Shown here: in pieces, positions 1-11,382 of the stretch
Position numbering within the stretch: position 1 is the stretch's first letter
How the letters are laid out: each line of letters opens with the position of its first letter
Assembly: GCF_001194135.2 (NCBI RefSeq)
Contig: NC_068981.1
Span: 161,314,386-161,378,385 of the forward strand
Direction: 5' to 3'
Origin: Octopus bimaculoides
Taxonomy: Eukaryota
Length of the DNA: 64,000 nt
Made by a program: the position numbers and the translations under genes
Notes under the pieces: generated by a model
Told to the model about the DNA's origin: nothing
What the model saw: the letters and a program-made list of their open reading frames with translations, nothing else
Database searches by the model: none

Positions 1-31
<31 letters not shown>

Positions 32-493
32 GCGAAAAGGTGGCATGGAGGGACGACAAAAGAATTTATGGAAAAAAATACCCCAGAAAAAAATACACGC
101 AACAGATGCAGAGAAACTAAATCTCTTATTAGTTGCCAACCAAATATACTTTCAACACTTTCTAACAACATTGTTCAATATGGTGGTGTTATCAACAAAC
201 GAGTGGATATGATAGACAAACAATGAAGATGAAAAGAAAATTATTGAGATAAATGCAGCCGCAGCAGAAAATAATAACGGAATGCGACCGACTGCTTATA
301 ATAAATGTATACATTTGTTGTGCAAAACGCGGTGCAATTTCAAATTCATACTATAAAGAAAAAAAAACTGCCTTTTAAATAGTTTGGAGCAACTTTTACT
401 AAAAGAAAGCAATTATTAAAGTCTACATTGTCTAGAAATTTCTTTAAAATTCTAATTTTGATATTTATTTTTATCAAAATGTGAAATAACAGT

Positions 494-915
494 AATAATC
501 TTATCTACTATAGGCACAAGGCCTGAAATTTCGTGGAAGGTGGGCTAGTCGATTACATCTACTTCGCTAATCAAGTGGTACTTATTTTATGGGCCCCGAA
601 AGGATGGAAGACAAAGTCAACCTCGGCAAAATTTGAACCCATAACGTAAAGAGCCGGAAGAGATAACGCTAAGCATTTTGTTCGGCGTGGTAACGATTCT
701 GTCTGCTCGTCGCCTTAACTAAGATTATATTATAAAAGAAATATTGACTTCAAATTTTAGGGACAAGACCAACAATTTCGGAGGAAAGGGTAAGTCGATG
801 ACATCGACCCCGTGTTCAGCTGGTACTTATTTTATTGACCTCTGAAAATATGAGAGGCAAAGTCGAACTCGGCGGAAATTGAATTCAGAACATACAGAGC
901 CGGAAGAAATACCAC
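494..915 (-). mobile_element. Two head-to-tail copies of tRNA-derived SINE family A
   Basis: Each is the reverse complement of the 1537-1769 element (gagttcaaatt B-box-like, gtcgactttgcctttcatcc, aagtaccag), at about 494-717 and 748-915. Confidence 0.75.
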
Positions 916-939
916 TAATCACGTTTCGTACTTTTCTTA

Positions 940-1198
940 GGCGCAAACGTGGCTGTGTGGCAAGAAGTTTGCTTCTCAATCATATGATTCCAGGTTTAGT
1001 TCCAATGCTTGGCACCTTATACTATAGCCCTACGCCGACTAAAGCCATGTGAGTAGATTTGGTAAACAGAATCTGAAAGAAGCCCATTGTATATATATAT
1101 ACGAGTGAGTAGACAAATGTCTTGACAACCAGTGTTGGTAGATTTACATCCCCAGCACACCCGCAGTCTCATGACCGAAACAATTAAAAGATAAAAAG
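940..1198 (+). mobile_element. SINE family B (ggcgcag...gtggctgtgtggtaagaagcttgc), decayed
   Basis: Shares head, ggcaccttgggcaagtgtcttctactatagc body and aaagataaaa tail with many copies in the window. Confidence 0.7.
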
Positions 1199-1536
1199 TA
1201 TGTGTGCACAGTAGAGCTTATTAAATCAAAAGAACTGCAGTAAATTTGTGGGTTAAATAAAAATAAGTTTGTAGGCATATTCCTTCTTCGCCATTGATGC
1301 GCAGAAAAGGAGAAGAGTTACCTGATGGACAGTTTCATGGTTCATTTGACCGTTCCTCGGACATATCCCTCTTACTTGCCCAATCGACTGTTTATAAAAC
1401 CATCATCAATTAGATTAGTACATTAGTATTGTTAAATTAGTGATGAACTGTCAAAAGTAAAATTATGCAGTATTAGCTATCTACTATTGCGCTAGTCTAA
1501 TTCTTACTGATTTATAAGCAACCAATATATGCTATT

Positions 1537-1969
1537 AAGGCGGCGAGCTGGCAGAAAAGTTAGCACGCCGAGCGAAATGCTTAGCGGTATTTCGTCTGCC
1601 GTTACGTTCTGAGTTCAAATTCCACCGAGGTCGACTTTGCCTTTCACCCTTTCGGGGTCGATAAATTAAATACCAGTTATCCACTGGGATCGATGTTATC
1701 GACCTAATCCCTTTGTCTGTCCTTGTTTGTCCCCTCTGTGTTTAGCCCATTGTGGGCAATAAAGAAATAAGAAACGTTAACACGCCGGGCGAAATGCTTA
1801 GCAGTATTTCGTCTGCCGTTACTTTCTGAGTTCAAATTCCGCCGAGGTCGACTTTGCCTTTAACTCTTTCAGGATCGATAAATTAAGTACCATTTGCGTA
1901 CTGGGGTCGATCTAATCGACTGGTTCCCTTCCCCAAAATTTCGGGCCTTGTGCCTAGAGTAGAAAAGAA
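1537..1969 (+). mobile_element. Two tandem copies of SINE family A
   Basis: ggcggcgagctggcagaa (A-box-like)...ctgagttcaaattcc (B-box-like)...aataaagaaataa, followed directly by a 5'-truncated second copy (1770-1969). Confidence 0.85.
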
Positions 1970-2299
1970 TATAGACTATTGATTGGGGAAAACAGGTACG
2001 TCGCCTCTAAAGAGGTCTGTAAGGAAACTCCTTCTCTTTTTCCCCCCGCATCCATCACTCTGTTACTACGCATAATCCATTCTTTTTTCTTCACCCTCTC
2101 ACAACAATGTTTCTACCATCATGCGCTTCCCTCACCCACTCATACTGCTTCTTCCAACGTCAGTCTCCATTCTCTTCAGCCTCTTGTTCACTGTAGAATA
2201 GTGACGACTTTAAAAGACCTCACGTACTGATTCCACGATAACATGCACCGAAAAAACTCTGAAATGTGGATGGTAAAAGAATGGAGATAACGGAAGGTT

Positions 2300-2545
2300 A
2301 AAAGGACTCGTTAGTCTTATCGAGGACACTTCTCCAGTGCTGGTGCCACGATAAAATGCACCCAAAACACTGTGAAGTGGATGATCTTAGGCAGAACATC
2401 CAATAGTAGAAACTAAGATCCAAAAAATTCCTGTGAGACGTGGTCAGCCGATCGATCCGGGAGGACAGAATCTCCGAATAAGATCAAATTCAAACCACGA
2501 CGACCATTCCAACTGTTGCCAGCGCAAAGGACGTGTAAAATGGCC
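2300..2545 (+). mobile_element. RTE-type LINE 3' tail fragment
   Basis: ccagtgctggtgccacg...aaatgcaccc...acactgtgaagtgg...aggacgtgtaaaatg...aataatgatga; the same sequence as the 3' part of the RTE at 15950-16585. Confidence 0.5.
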
Positions 2546-3814
2546 AAAATAATGATGAAAGCCCATATATTCTCGAGTTAAAATACAATTATCAAGTGGC
2601 AAATTTTATGATCTCTCTCTAATGAAGCAAGGTGAAATCTGCTGTAAGTCGAGGAAAAGTAAGAGATAAGACTTAATCTATGTATCTTATTTTAATATGA
2701 GTTTTGGTTACTGGCTTACGATTGCACAAAACTTGCCATAAGGATTTCCATGCATTACATTCCAAATATATATGCATACACACGCGCGCACGTGTAGTGA
2801 TTGCTCCATCATTGCATAGGTTTGTCATCACCTTGCGCTTCCTCGTTGTCAATAGTATTTCTGACTTTCCATCCATGACTTCTCAGATAAATTATTCAGT
2901 CCAGTTGCAGATCAGCACGGCTTGAAGCATTGATGACAAACGAAAGTTGTAACTTACTGAGCGCTCCCAACTGGTTAATTCTGCACACATCACCTCAAAA
3001 ATTTCAGTACACGGAATGACAAATGAGGTTACCATAAAAGGACATCTACACGTCATTAGATTACTGTGATATGGACATACATACGTACATATATACGCAT
3101 ACATATATTTGCATATTGTAAAGGGACATAGTATAGATAATTAATTAAAGCTCGTTTCAAAACCACTAAGTCCTGGGACTCAATCCCACTTAATTTTATC
3201 TTAGGCAAGCCTTTTACCATAGCCTCGGGCCAATCTAAGCTCTGAGAAAGAAACTGGATAAATAAAGGCTGTCTCAAAATAGATTGCCCTTGTAATTCAA
3301 AGGTCAGACTTCAGCATACGCTGTGTAACACTGATAATTACGCTGAGGATACACGTCTGTGGAATATTCAAACCACTTCACAGCTTAATTCACCGAGAAA
3401 GTAATTCAGTTGATCAAACAATTGAATACTCATCGTCGAAATGGATGGAAGGTCCATGTATTTGTACATTAAATTGACCACACCAGTCTGTTCTCAGAAG
3501 TGTGACTTTATTAGATATTTGTTGATTTATAGTATACAACTCATCAATGACAAGCTTAGAGAAGACCTGGAGTAGAGAGAGCATGTCAATGATGAGGACG
3601 CAAATAGCGACAAAAGGACTTTGGACAAACCTAGCTGACTGATTGATTGACAGAATGATTAATCAAACAATCGACTAGTTAATTGGTAAATCAACTGAAG
3701 ATGAAAACTAAAGAAGTGAAAACAGCATCAGTGTGTGCTTATTATTGACATAATGGCCCTCTAGAGATACAAAAATGTTTCAACACACGAGTTCACATTA
3801 AGAATTTTGCAAAC

Positions 3815-4630
3815 GAGAGATATGAATTGGAAACAGCTCTAGTGTTGTAAATATCATCGGCCACAAATACTCAATGTATGTGCTTTGCCTGTTCACTAGT
3901 AGGCTGCTGATAAGCGCGGTGGGGATGACTTCCTCAAGGCACCGGATGCTAAAACATCCGAAAGTCATAAACAAGCGAGACGACTCGCCCTAAATCCCAT
4001 TCTGGAGCGATAGACATCGATGTCTAGCCATTTTTTGTGGCTTATCAATATCATGTTCCCGAACCGAATGTTTTAACACCCAGCGCTTTGAGGGAGTCAT
4101 CCCTGCCGCGCTACACCGAAGCCTACCGGCTAACAAGGAGGGTTCACATTTTGAGTATGTGTGTTCGATAATCTTTACAACACTAGCGCCACTTCTAACT
4201 CATATCTAAATTTATTCTTAGGTATGCATCATCGTGGCATACCAGCAAATGGTTTTTACACTATTTATATATAGTCATAGATTGGCGATTCAGTTCGCCT
4301 CCGATTCGGTTGAGTTGTCACCCATGTTATTGCAGATTGATTTGTGATAAGCGCAACGGAGTTCACGATGAGCATACCGTGTCATTCCTGATCAGTGATA
4401 AACGAATCAGTAATAATTTCTTTTAATTGATGCTAGAGAGATGAAAGGTAAAGCGTGATTTGAACACAAAAGTTAAAAAGCAGGGAGAAATACTGCAAGG
4501 CATTTTAAATTATTTAATCGCCAGTCTATGACTATATACAAACAGTGTAAAAACCATTTGTTGGTATGCCACGACGATGCATACCTAAGAATAAATTCAG
4601 ATATGAGTTAGAAGTCGCGCTGTCGAACAC
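3815..4630. repeat. Three-armed inverted-repeat (foldback/MITE-like) structure
   Basis: 3839-3960 pairs with 4065-4186 (roughly three-quarters identical by eye). 4185-4290 pairs with 4516-4621 (106 bp, 7 mismatches counted). There is a perfect 16-bp palindrome tagacatcgatgtcta at 4011-4026. Confidence 0.8.
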
Positions 4631-4641
4631 ATTATGCTCAC

Positions 4642-4888
4642 GGGCATATGGCGTAGTGGTTAAGAGCGCGGGTTACTAACCCCAAGATTCCGAGTTCGAT
4701 TCCAAGCAGAGACCTTAATAATAATATCGAAAAATACCTTAGGAATGAGAACCCAGGTTCGAAATTTCCCCAAGACACCTGAAGAAGGCTGGAGTGTATA
4801 TCAGCCGAAACGTAGTGTTGAAAACAAACAAGATGAGGACAAATATCCGTCGAATATAAATAATTTCTCATCTCTTAAATAAAGAACT
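4642..4888 (+). mobile_element. tRNA-headed SINE-like element carrying a hammerhead motif
   Basis: A box TGGCGTAGTGG, B box GAGTTCGATTCC and anticodon-like arm at 4642-4715; then (AAT)n, the hammerhead core at 4774-4819, and an AT-rich tail. Confidence 0.7.
4774..4819 (+). ncRNA. Minimal type I hammerhead ribozyme motif (dimer-type helix III)
   Basis: GACAC-CUGAAGA-A-GGCUG-gaguguauau-CAGCC-GAAA-C-GUA-GUGUU. Helix I GACAC/GUGUU, helix II GGCUG/CAGCC, palindromic ACGU helix III, predicted cut after GUA (4814). Confidence 0.65.
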
Positions 4889-5097
4889 ACAAGGCATCTT
4901 GTTTGACGCTCTAACAATTCAACCAATCTACAAGCAAATCAATAACGTACACACTCAAAATATGAACCTTCCTTGTTCGCCATGGCACCTTGGATAAGTG
5001 TCTTCTACTACAGCTCTGGGCTGGCTGAAGCCTTGCGGGCACATTTGGCAGACAGAAACTGAAAGCTCATCTCACGCGCGCGCACACAATCACCACT

Positions 5098-5200
5098 ATT
5101 ATCATTTAACGTCCACATTCCATGCTGACATGGGTTGGATCGTTTGACAGGATCCAATGGGTTCAAGGACTGCATCGAGTTCCAGAGTCTGCTACGGCAT
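5098..5200 (-). mobile_element. RTE 3'-end fragment
   Basis: atcatttaacgtccacattccatgctgacatgggttggatcg; same motif as 15950-16010. Confidence 0.6.
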
Positions 5201-5242
5201 GGTTTACACATACATGTGAGTATGTGCGCATGCGTGTCTGTA

Positions 5243-5585
5243 TGTCTCTCTTTTACTTGTTTCAGTCATTTGACTGCGGCCAAGCTGGAGCACCGCCTTT
5301 AGTCGATCAAATCAACCCCGGGACTTATTCTTTGTAAGCCCAGTACTTATTCTATCTGTCTCTTTTGCCGAACCGCTAAGTGACGGGGACATAAACACAC
5401 ATATATATATATGCATATATACGACGGGCTTCTTTCAGTTTCCGTCTACCAAATCCACTCACAAGGCTTTGGTCGGCCCGAGGCTATAGTAGAAGACACT
5501 TGCCCAAGATGCCACGCAGTGGAACTGAACCCGGAACAATGTGGTCGGTAAGCAAGCTACTTACCACACAGCCACTCCTGCGCCT
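5243..5585 (-). mobile_element. SINE family B, well-preserved full-length copy
   Basis: Reverse complement begins ggcgcaggagtggctgtgtggtaagtagcttgc...gggttcagttcc and ends gactgaaacaagtaaaagag. Confidence 0.85.
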
Positions 5586-5854
5586 ATGCGTTTGTCTTTC
5601 ATTGAAAATTGCTGAGCTACAAAGTGGTGACTTGTTATTTTCCCTAACAACAAATCATCTGCTGGTTTTACACAGTTATATATAACTTGAAACGATGAGC
5701 TCCACTGAGCTTGCTCCTTTACAGTTGCATTTCATAAAAAGAAAAGAATGTAAAACAGAGCTGGCAAGCCAGTCCCAATGGTTTATCAAACTTACCAGAA
5801 ATTAAGTCTCCAAAGACAAACTTGATAACAGATTGGCTGAAATATATCTTTAAT

Positions 5855-6556
5855 TTTTCCTTGTTTCAATCATTAGACTGTGGCCATGCTTGGGCAACAT
5901 CTTGAACAAATTGACCCTATTACTTATATGTTAAGTTTAGTATTTACTCTGTGGAGGCGCAATGGCCCAGTGGTTAGTGCCGCGGACACAGGGTCATAGG
6001 ATCGCAGTTTCGATTCCCAGACCGGGCGCTGTGAGTGTTTATCGAGCGAAAACACCTAAAGCTCCACGAAGCTCCAGCAGGGGATTGTGGCGAACCCTGA
6101 TGTACTCTTTCACCACAACTTTTTCTCTCACTCTTACTTCCTGTTTCTGTTGTGCCTGTAATTCAAAGGGTCAGCCTTGTCACACTGTGTTATGCTGAAT
6201 ATCCCTGAGAACTACGTTAAGGGTACTTGCACGTTAATTTCACGAGCAGGCTGTTCCGTTGATCGGATCAACTGGAACCCTCGACGTCGTAAGCCAACAA
6301 CAAGTATTTACTCTAGAAGTTCCTTTTGCTGAACTGTTAGGTTTCAGGGGCATAAACTAACACTGGTTGTCATGTAATGGTGGCAAGGAAGCAAAGAGAC
6401 ACAAAGACACACATAATGGGCTTCCACACAGTTTCTGTGTTCTGTTGGCCTGAGGCTACAGTAGAAGACAAGGTGCTGTGCAGCAAGACAGAATCTAAAA
6501 CCATGTGGTTGTAAAAAAGCAAGTTTCTTAACCACACAGTCATGCCCCAAGCCTGA
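5855..6556 (-). mobile_element. Older SINE family B copy split by a nested family C insertion
   Basis: 3' part at about 5855-5950 and 5' part at about 6303-6556. Confidence 0.7.
5951..6302 (+). mobile_element. tRNA-derived SINE family C with 12-bp target-site duplication
   Basis: tggaggcgcaatggcccagtggttag...gtttcgattccc head and (CAA)n tail; agtatttactct at 5939-5950 and 6303-6314. Confidence 0.88.
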
Positions 6557-6799
6557 AGAAAAAAAAAATGCAAATTAATAGTTTCATAATCAACAGAATT
6601 CATGTAACATTTTGCATTGTTGTATCTAAAATATTAGATAGATCTGGCCATTAATTAATTAATGAATTAAGAGTGAACAAACCATGGACAAATTTTATTT
6701 ATTTGTGTTTTTTGTCTTTATTATTATTATACTTTTTTTTTTCCAAAAGAAATGTAAACGGCTCAACTGTTATGCAAATTGTGGAGATAAAAATCAATC

Positions 6800-6945
6800 A
6801 AATAATAATAATAATAATCATAATAATAAATGATAATAATGATGATAATAATAATAATAATAGTTGTAATTATTATTATTGTTATTACAATAACCAAAGC
6901 ATCCATAATAATAATAATAATAATAATGGTTATAATGATAATGGT
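6800..6945. repeat. Compound (AAT/ATT/GAT)n microsatellite
   Basis: Seen directly; it gives rise to the poly-I/N/Y pseudo-ORFs at 6673-7018. Confidence 0.95.
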
Positions 6946-7267
6946 CAGGACAGTAAGAGTAAAAAAATATATGCTCAACCTAGGAAAATTTCAACTGATC
7001 CAAATTAAGCAGAGCTGATAAGGTATTGAAATGACAATGAGAGATAGATGTGGACAAGGTTTTCTTTTTTTTTTTGTTAAACTACAACTGTAACTAATTA
7101 CATATACACTCAATTTTATACACTCAGCTTGTAGCACAAGGGATGGGATATTTTTTCTGTATGTTTTTTTATTAAAAAAAAAAAATTAAAGAAGAAAAAA
7201 TAAATATAAACCACTAATTACCCAACAAAAAAATTGAAATGAAAATAAAATCAATACACCTAAATTA

Positions 7268-7612
7268 TACATACACATGCATATATACACATACATATAT
7301 ATGCTTACACTCACACACACACACACACTCACATATATGTATATGTGTTATACATATATATTCATATAAATGCATATGTATATATATATATATATTATAT
7401 ATAGATATACACATTCATATACACACATATGTAAATATATGCATACACAAATATGCTTGTATATGTGTGCATGTGTACATGTGTGTGTGTGTGCATATAT
7501 ATATATATATATATATACAAACACACACACCTACATATGTGTGTGTGTGTGTATATATATATGTATAGACACACATACACATATATATAACATATACATA
7601 TATATTACACAT
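7268..7612. repeat. Compound (CA)n/(TA)n/(TG)n microsatellite
   Basis: Seen directly. Confidence 0.95.
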
Positions 7613-8258
7613 ACATTTTTAGATTTTTTTCTTTAAGTTCATAGTGGTTATTGTTGTAGTTTTCTACCAACAATTTAGAGTATTTTTTAATATTTTTTTT
7701 TTTGTAATTTTTTTTTTTGATATTTTTAAAGGAATTCTTGTCCTTTCCATTTTGCAAAAGGTCCAAAATAGCAACCCCCCACCCCATGATAGGAATTTTA
7801 CTCTGGTTCTTTCTTTCACTCCCCCATTTTTATTTTTATTTCCAAATTTAATATTTTAAGTTAGTATTCTTGTTATTTAACATCATTTTAATTCAGATAT
7901 TATGTTGTTTCCATGGAAATTTTTTGGCTGTTTTTGTGTTTATTTATTTATTTAATTAATTAATTATTCTTCTTAAAATCCTGGGGCAGGTTGTAAAGTT
8001 AGAAATTTATATCAGCTCAGATACATACATTTTTATTAAGTCATTTTTTTTAAAAGTTTTTTTTTTTGCTTGTCTTAATTATTTTTTGTTAAAGACTTTT
8101 TGTTCTTTCTTGCTTTGTTTGTTTGTTTGTTTGTTGAGAGAGGTAATCAAAAAACGGCTGATCTCTAAATAAGTACTGAATGTTGATGATGCAACAGTCA
8201 AGAATAGAATGACTAGCATCGACACGAACAGGTCCAGAGCTATGAGAGTAAATGCGGT

Positions 8259-8576
<318 letters not shown>

Positions 8577-8580
8577 TTAA

Positions 8581-8796
8581 CCTTTTACTATTCAGATTTC
8601 AGATTACTCTATCAAGTGTAATGCATATTTATTCGTATAGTTTTGAATTAATCATGCATTATCTTGTAGCTTTGAGATTTCAATGATGTGTTTGTTTATT
8701 TTTAGGATGTAGGTTTGAGAGGCTGGATCAGGCTGGCTTGAATATAAAACAGATAGAATATTTAGGCTTTATATGGCTGGTTTAAATGTTAAAAGG
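8581..8796 (-). mobile_element. piggyBac-like MITE
   Basis: ttaa|ccttttac ... gttaaaagg|ttaa: TTAA on both sides and short inverted ends. The interior is the reverse complement of the 45560-45761 copy. Confidence 0.75.
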
Positions 8797-10728
8797 TTAA
8801 CAAAATCACTTGAGTACCATGGATAGTTAAAGTGGAGCTCACTTTGTTGTAAGCATTCGAACAAGATTTCCAATCTGAGGATGACCCAACATCTCAATGC
8901 ATTGCTTCTATCTCATTTTTACCCTCACTAGTTTCAGAATCCTAACAAAAATTTCACAGGAACTGTCCTTCCTCTGCTGAATAAGCTACGGAAAACCAAA
9001 AATGAAAATGTTGTTTATCACAAGCTAAATCCTTTACCAGTAGACCTGTGAAAGTATGATCAACCCAGCAATTTGTTAGGCATAATTGAATTGCATTTAG
9101 GCTATATAATTCAAAGTGTCTTCTTTTTTTAAAAGATATTAAGAGTGAATTTAAGAAGAGAGATTGGGCCACTACTTCTTGCAGGTTGAGTGACCAAGTA
9201 GAGGAACCCGTTTTTGGCTTGTTAAGTCATATGGTAGCAAGTTCAATTCTTACAGAGTAAAGCAAGTAATTATTTTCACTCCAGTTTGCCTGACTGACAA
9301 AAAAAAAAAAAAAATCATGTCTTGCTACTAATCCACCATCAAATGATTAGTGAGACAGGATAAGTAGTCAAAGCTTAGATGGTTATCTAATTGTTAAAAA
9401 AAAAAAATAAAAAAAAAGTACTCCAACAAAAATCCATCCTGTCCATGCCGACATGGAAAAAAAGTTGTCAAAACAGTAAATAGGGAGCAAAAATAAAACT
9501 CAAATGAAGAAAGCTGTTTTTAAAAAGCTATGAAACCATGTCTTGTGATTCTTGTGTATGTGTAACTATGACAACCACATCTGGGCTATAGTATTGAGCT
9601 CATTCCTTTTTAAGAGACTGGGGCATAATTTGATGAAAATGTAGCTACCATTTCTAGCAGTTTAAATGACACAGTAACCCTCATTTGCTTGAAATTTTAT
9701 AGCATAGGTGGTCCTTGTTGCAATTTAATTGAATCCCATTATCTTCAAAATATATTGGTGACCAGAACTGATGGTAAAATTTAGCAAATAGTCGCCTTTT
9801 TCTGTCAAGCGTATGGAGGAGGCAGTGGAGAGGAGATTTTGGCCGTTGGTTGGTGTAATTCTTTGGTTAGTATGACCAGCAAGAATGAGACGATTGGGTA
9901 TTGTTGTTTGGACAGTAGTGATTTGGCATGGCCAACTGGACACTGAATCTATTTTGGTGACAATACTTTCTAGCACTAGAGAGAGAGATAGATGGAGAAA
10001 CAGGGGGAGAGTGAGAGGGAGTAAGTGAGAAAGAGGAGAGAGAGGGACGGAGAGAAAAAGAGAAACATTAAAACATCTGATGTCAGATGAGGCAGTGTTG
10101 AATCAACGATGCCAAACAGGCAGGGCCAAAATGGCTCGTTCTCCATTTCCAACTAGGTCACCAAAAACATATCTTCCCGTCAACCATACAGTGTGTCTAT
10201 TCATACCTATACTTTGCTCATTCCATCTTCCTTAAAATCCCATTCCTTTGAAATTTGCAGCAGCAGCACTGCTGCCACTGCCACCACTTTGTATTCCCAG
10301 TAGATGTCTTGCAGATGTTCAAGCTGAATGTAAACAATATCAATCTCACCAATCTCGAAGGGCCTGTGAATCTCACAGGTGCAAGAACCCTCAACTCCTT
10401 TGGACTAAACTGTAAAAACAAAAAAGACACCACTTGTAGCAAATCTCGATCCCATCTTTTACTTGTTTCAGTCATTGAACCATGGTCATGCTGGGGCACC
10501 ACCTCGAACTATTTAGTTGAACAAATCAAACCCAGTACTCATTCTATCAGTCAATTATATANNNNNNNNNNTATACACACACACACATATATATATACAC
10601 ACAAAAATATAAATTTAAATAATAGGGTTGAAAAATTGGATATTAATTTGATTAATATCAATTTAAAACCAGTGGCCTAGTAAATTGAATACTCTGAAGA
10701 TTCAGAAAAATTATATTACATATATATA

Positions 10729-10948
10729 AGAGGGTTGGCCACTAAGTGGACATCCATTTTGCTAGAAGAAGACCACCTATGGTCTGACCACTAAGAAAAA
10801 ATTGTTATATTTTGTATCTTTTCATTTGTCTTACTTGCTTACGTTCTGGTGTTTGCTGAATTTTCTTGAGAACAATCTTTTCTTAGTGGTCAGACCATAG
10901 GTGGTCTTCTTCTAGCAAAATGGATGTCCACTTAGTGGTCAACCCTCT
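10729..10948. mobile_element. Young Tc1/mariner-type MITE (220 bp)
   Basis: 71-bp TIRs (10729-10799 and 10878-10948) with one mismatch, flanked by TA on both sides. Confidence 0.88.
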
Positions 10949-10971
10949 TATACACACACATATATATATAT

Positions 10972-11368
10972 ATAGTCTTTTACTTGCTTCAATCATTTGG
11001 CTGCGCCCATGCTGGAGCACCGCCTTTAGTCGAGGAAATCAACCCCAGGACTTATTCTTTGTAAGCCTAATACTTACTCTATCGGTCTCTTTTGCCAAAC
11101 CGCTAAGTTACANNNNNNNNNNATCGGTCTCTTTTGCCAAACCGCTAAGTTACAGGGACGTAAACACACCAGCATCGGTTGTCAAGCGATGTTGGGGGGG
11201 ACAAACACAGACACACAAACATATATATTTACATATACATATATACAAGGCTTTGGTTGGTCTGAGGCTATAGTAGAAGACAGTTGCCCAAGGTGCCACG
11301 CAGTGGGACTGAATCCGGAACCATGTGGTCGGTAAGCAAGCTACTTACCACACAGCCACTTCTGCACC
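10972..11368 (-). mobile_element. SINE family B (contains a 10-N gap with duplicated overlap)
   Basis: Homologous to 5243-5585. Confidence 0.8.
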
Positions 11369-11382
11369 TATATATATCTCTT

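Larger units (their letters stand above)
6600..8258 (-). other. Probable UBE2E 3' UTR (3' end uncertain)
   Basis: Follows the TGA. AT-rich, with homopolymers and several minus-strand AATAAA hexamers (plus-strand tttatt near 8032, 7943, 6695). Lacks SINEs until about 6556. Confidence 0.45.

Noticed and set aside
4642-4715. Possible tRNA gene (also SINE heads at 1537, 5951, 28580, 47900)
   Set aside because: A/B boxes are present but the acceptor stem does not pair and each runs into a SINE body; these are tRNA-derived heads.
6673-7636. Several 60-111 aa ORFs (poly-I/N/Y, HTHT, YIYI)
   Set aside because: Translations of microsatellites; the same applies to similar ORFs throughout the window.
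9725-9976. 83-aa minus-strand ORF
   Set aside because: No splice or domain evidence; it lies in a probable decayed DNA-transposon segment with ttttggtgac motifs.
11081-11154. Direct duplication either side of a 10-N gap (also about 63390-63470)
   Set aside because: Identical overlap flanking a scaffolding gap, so an assembly artefact.
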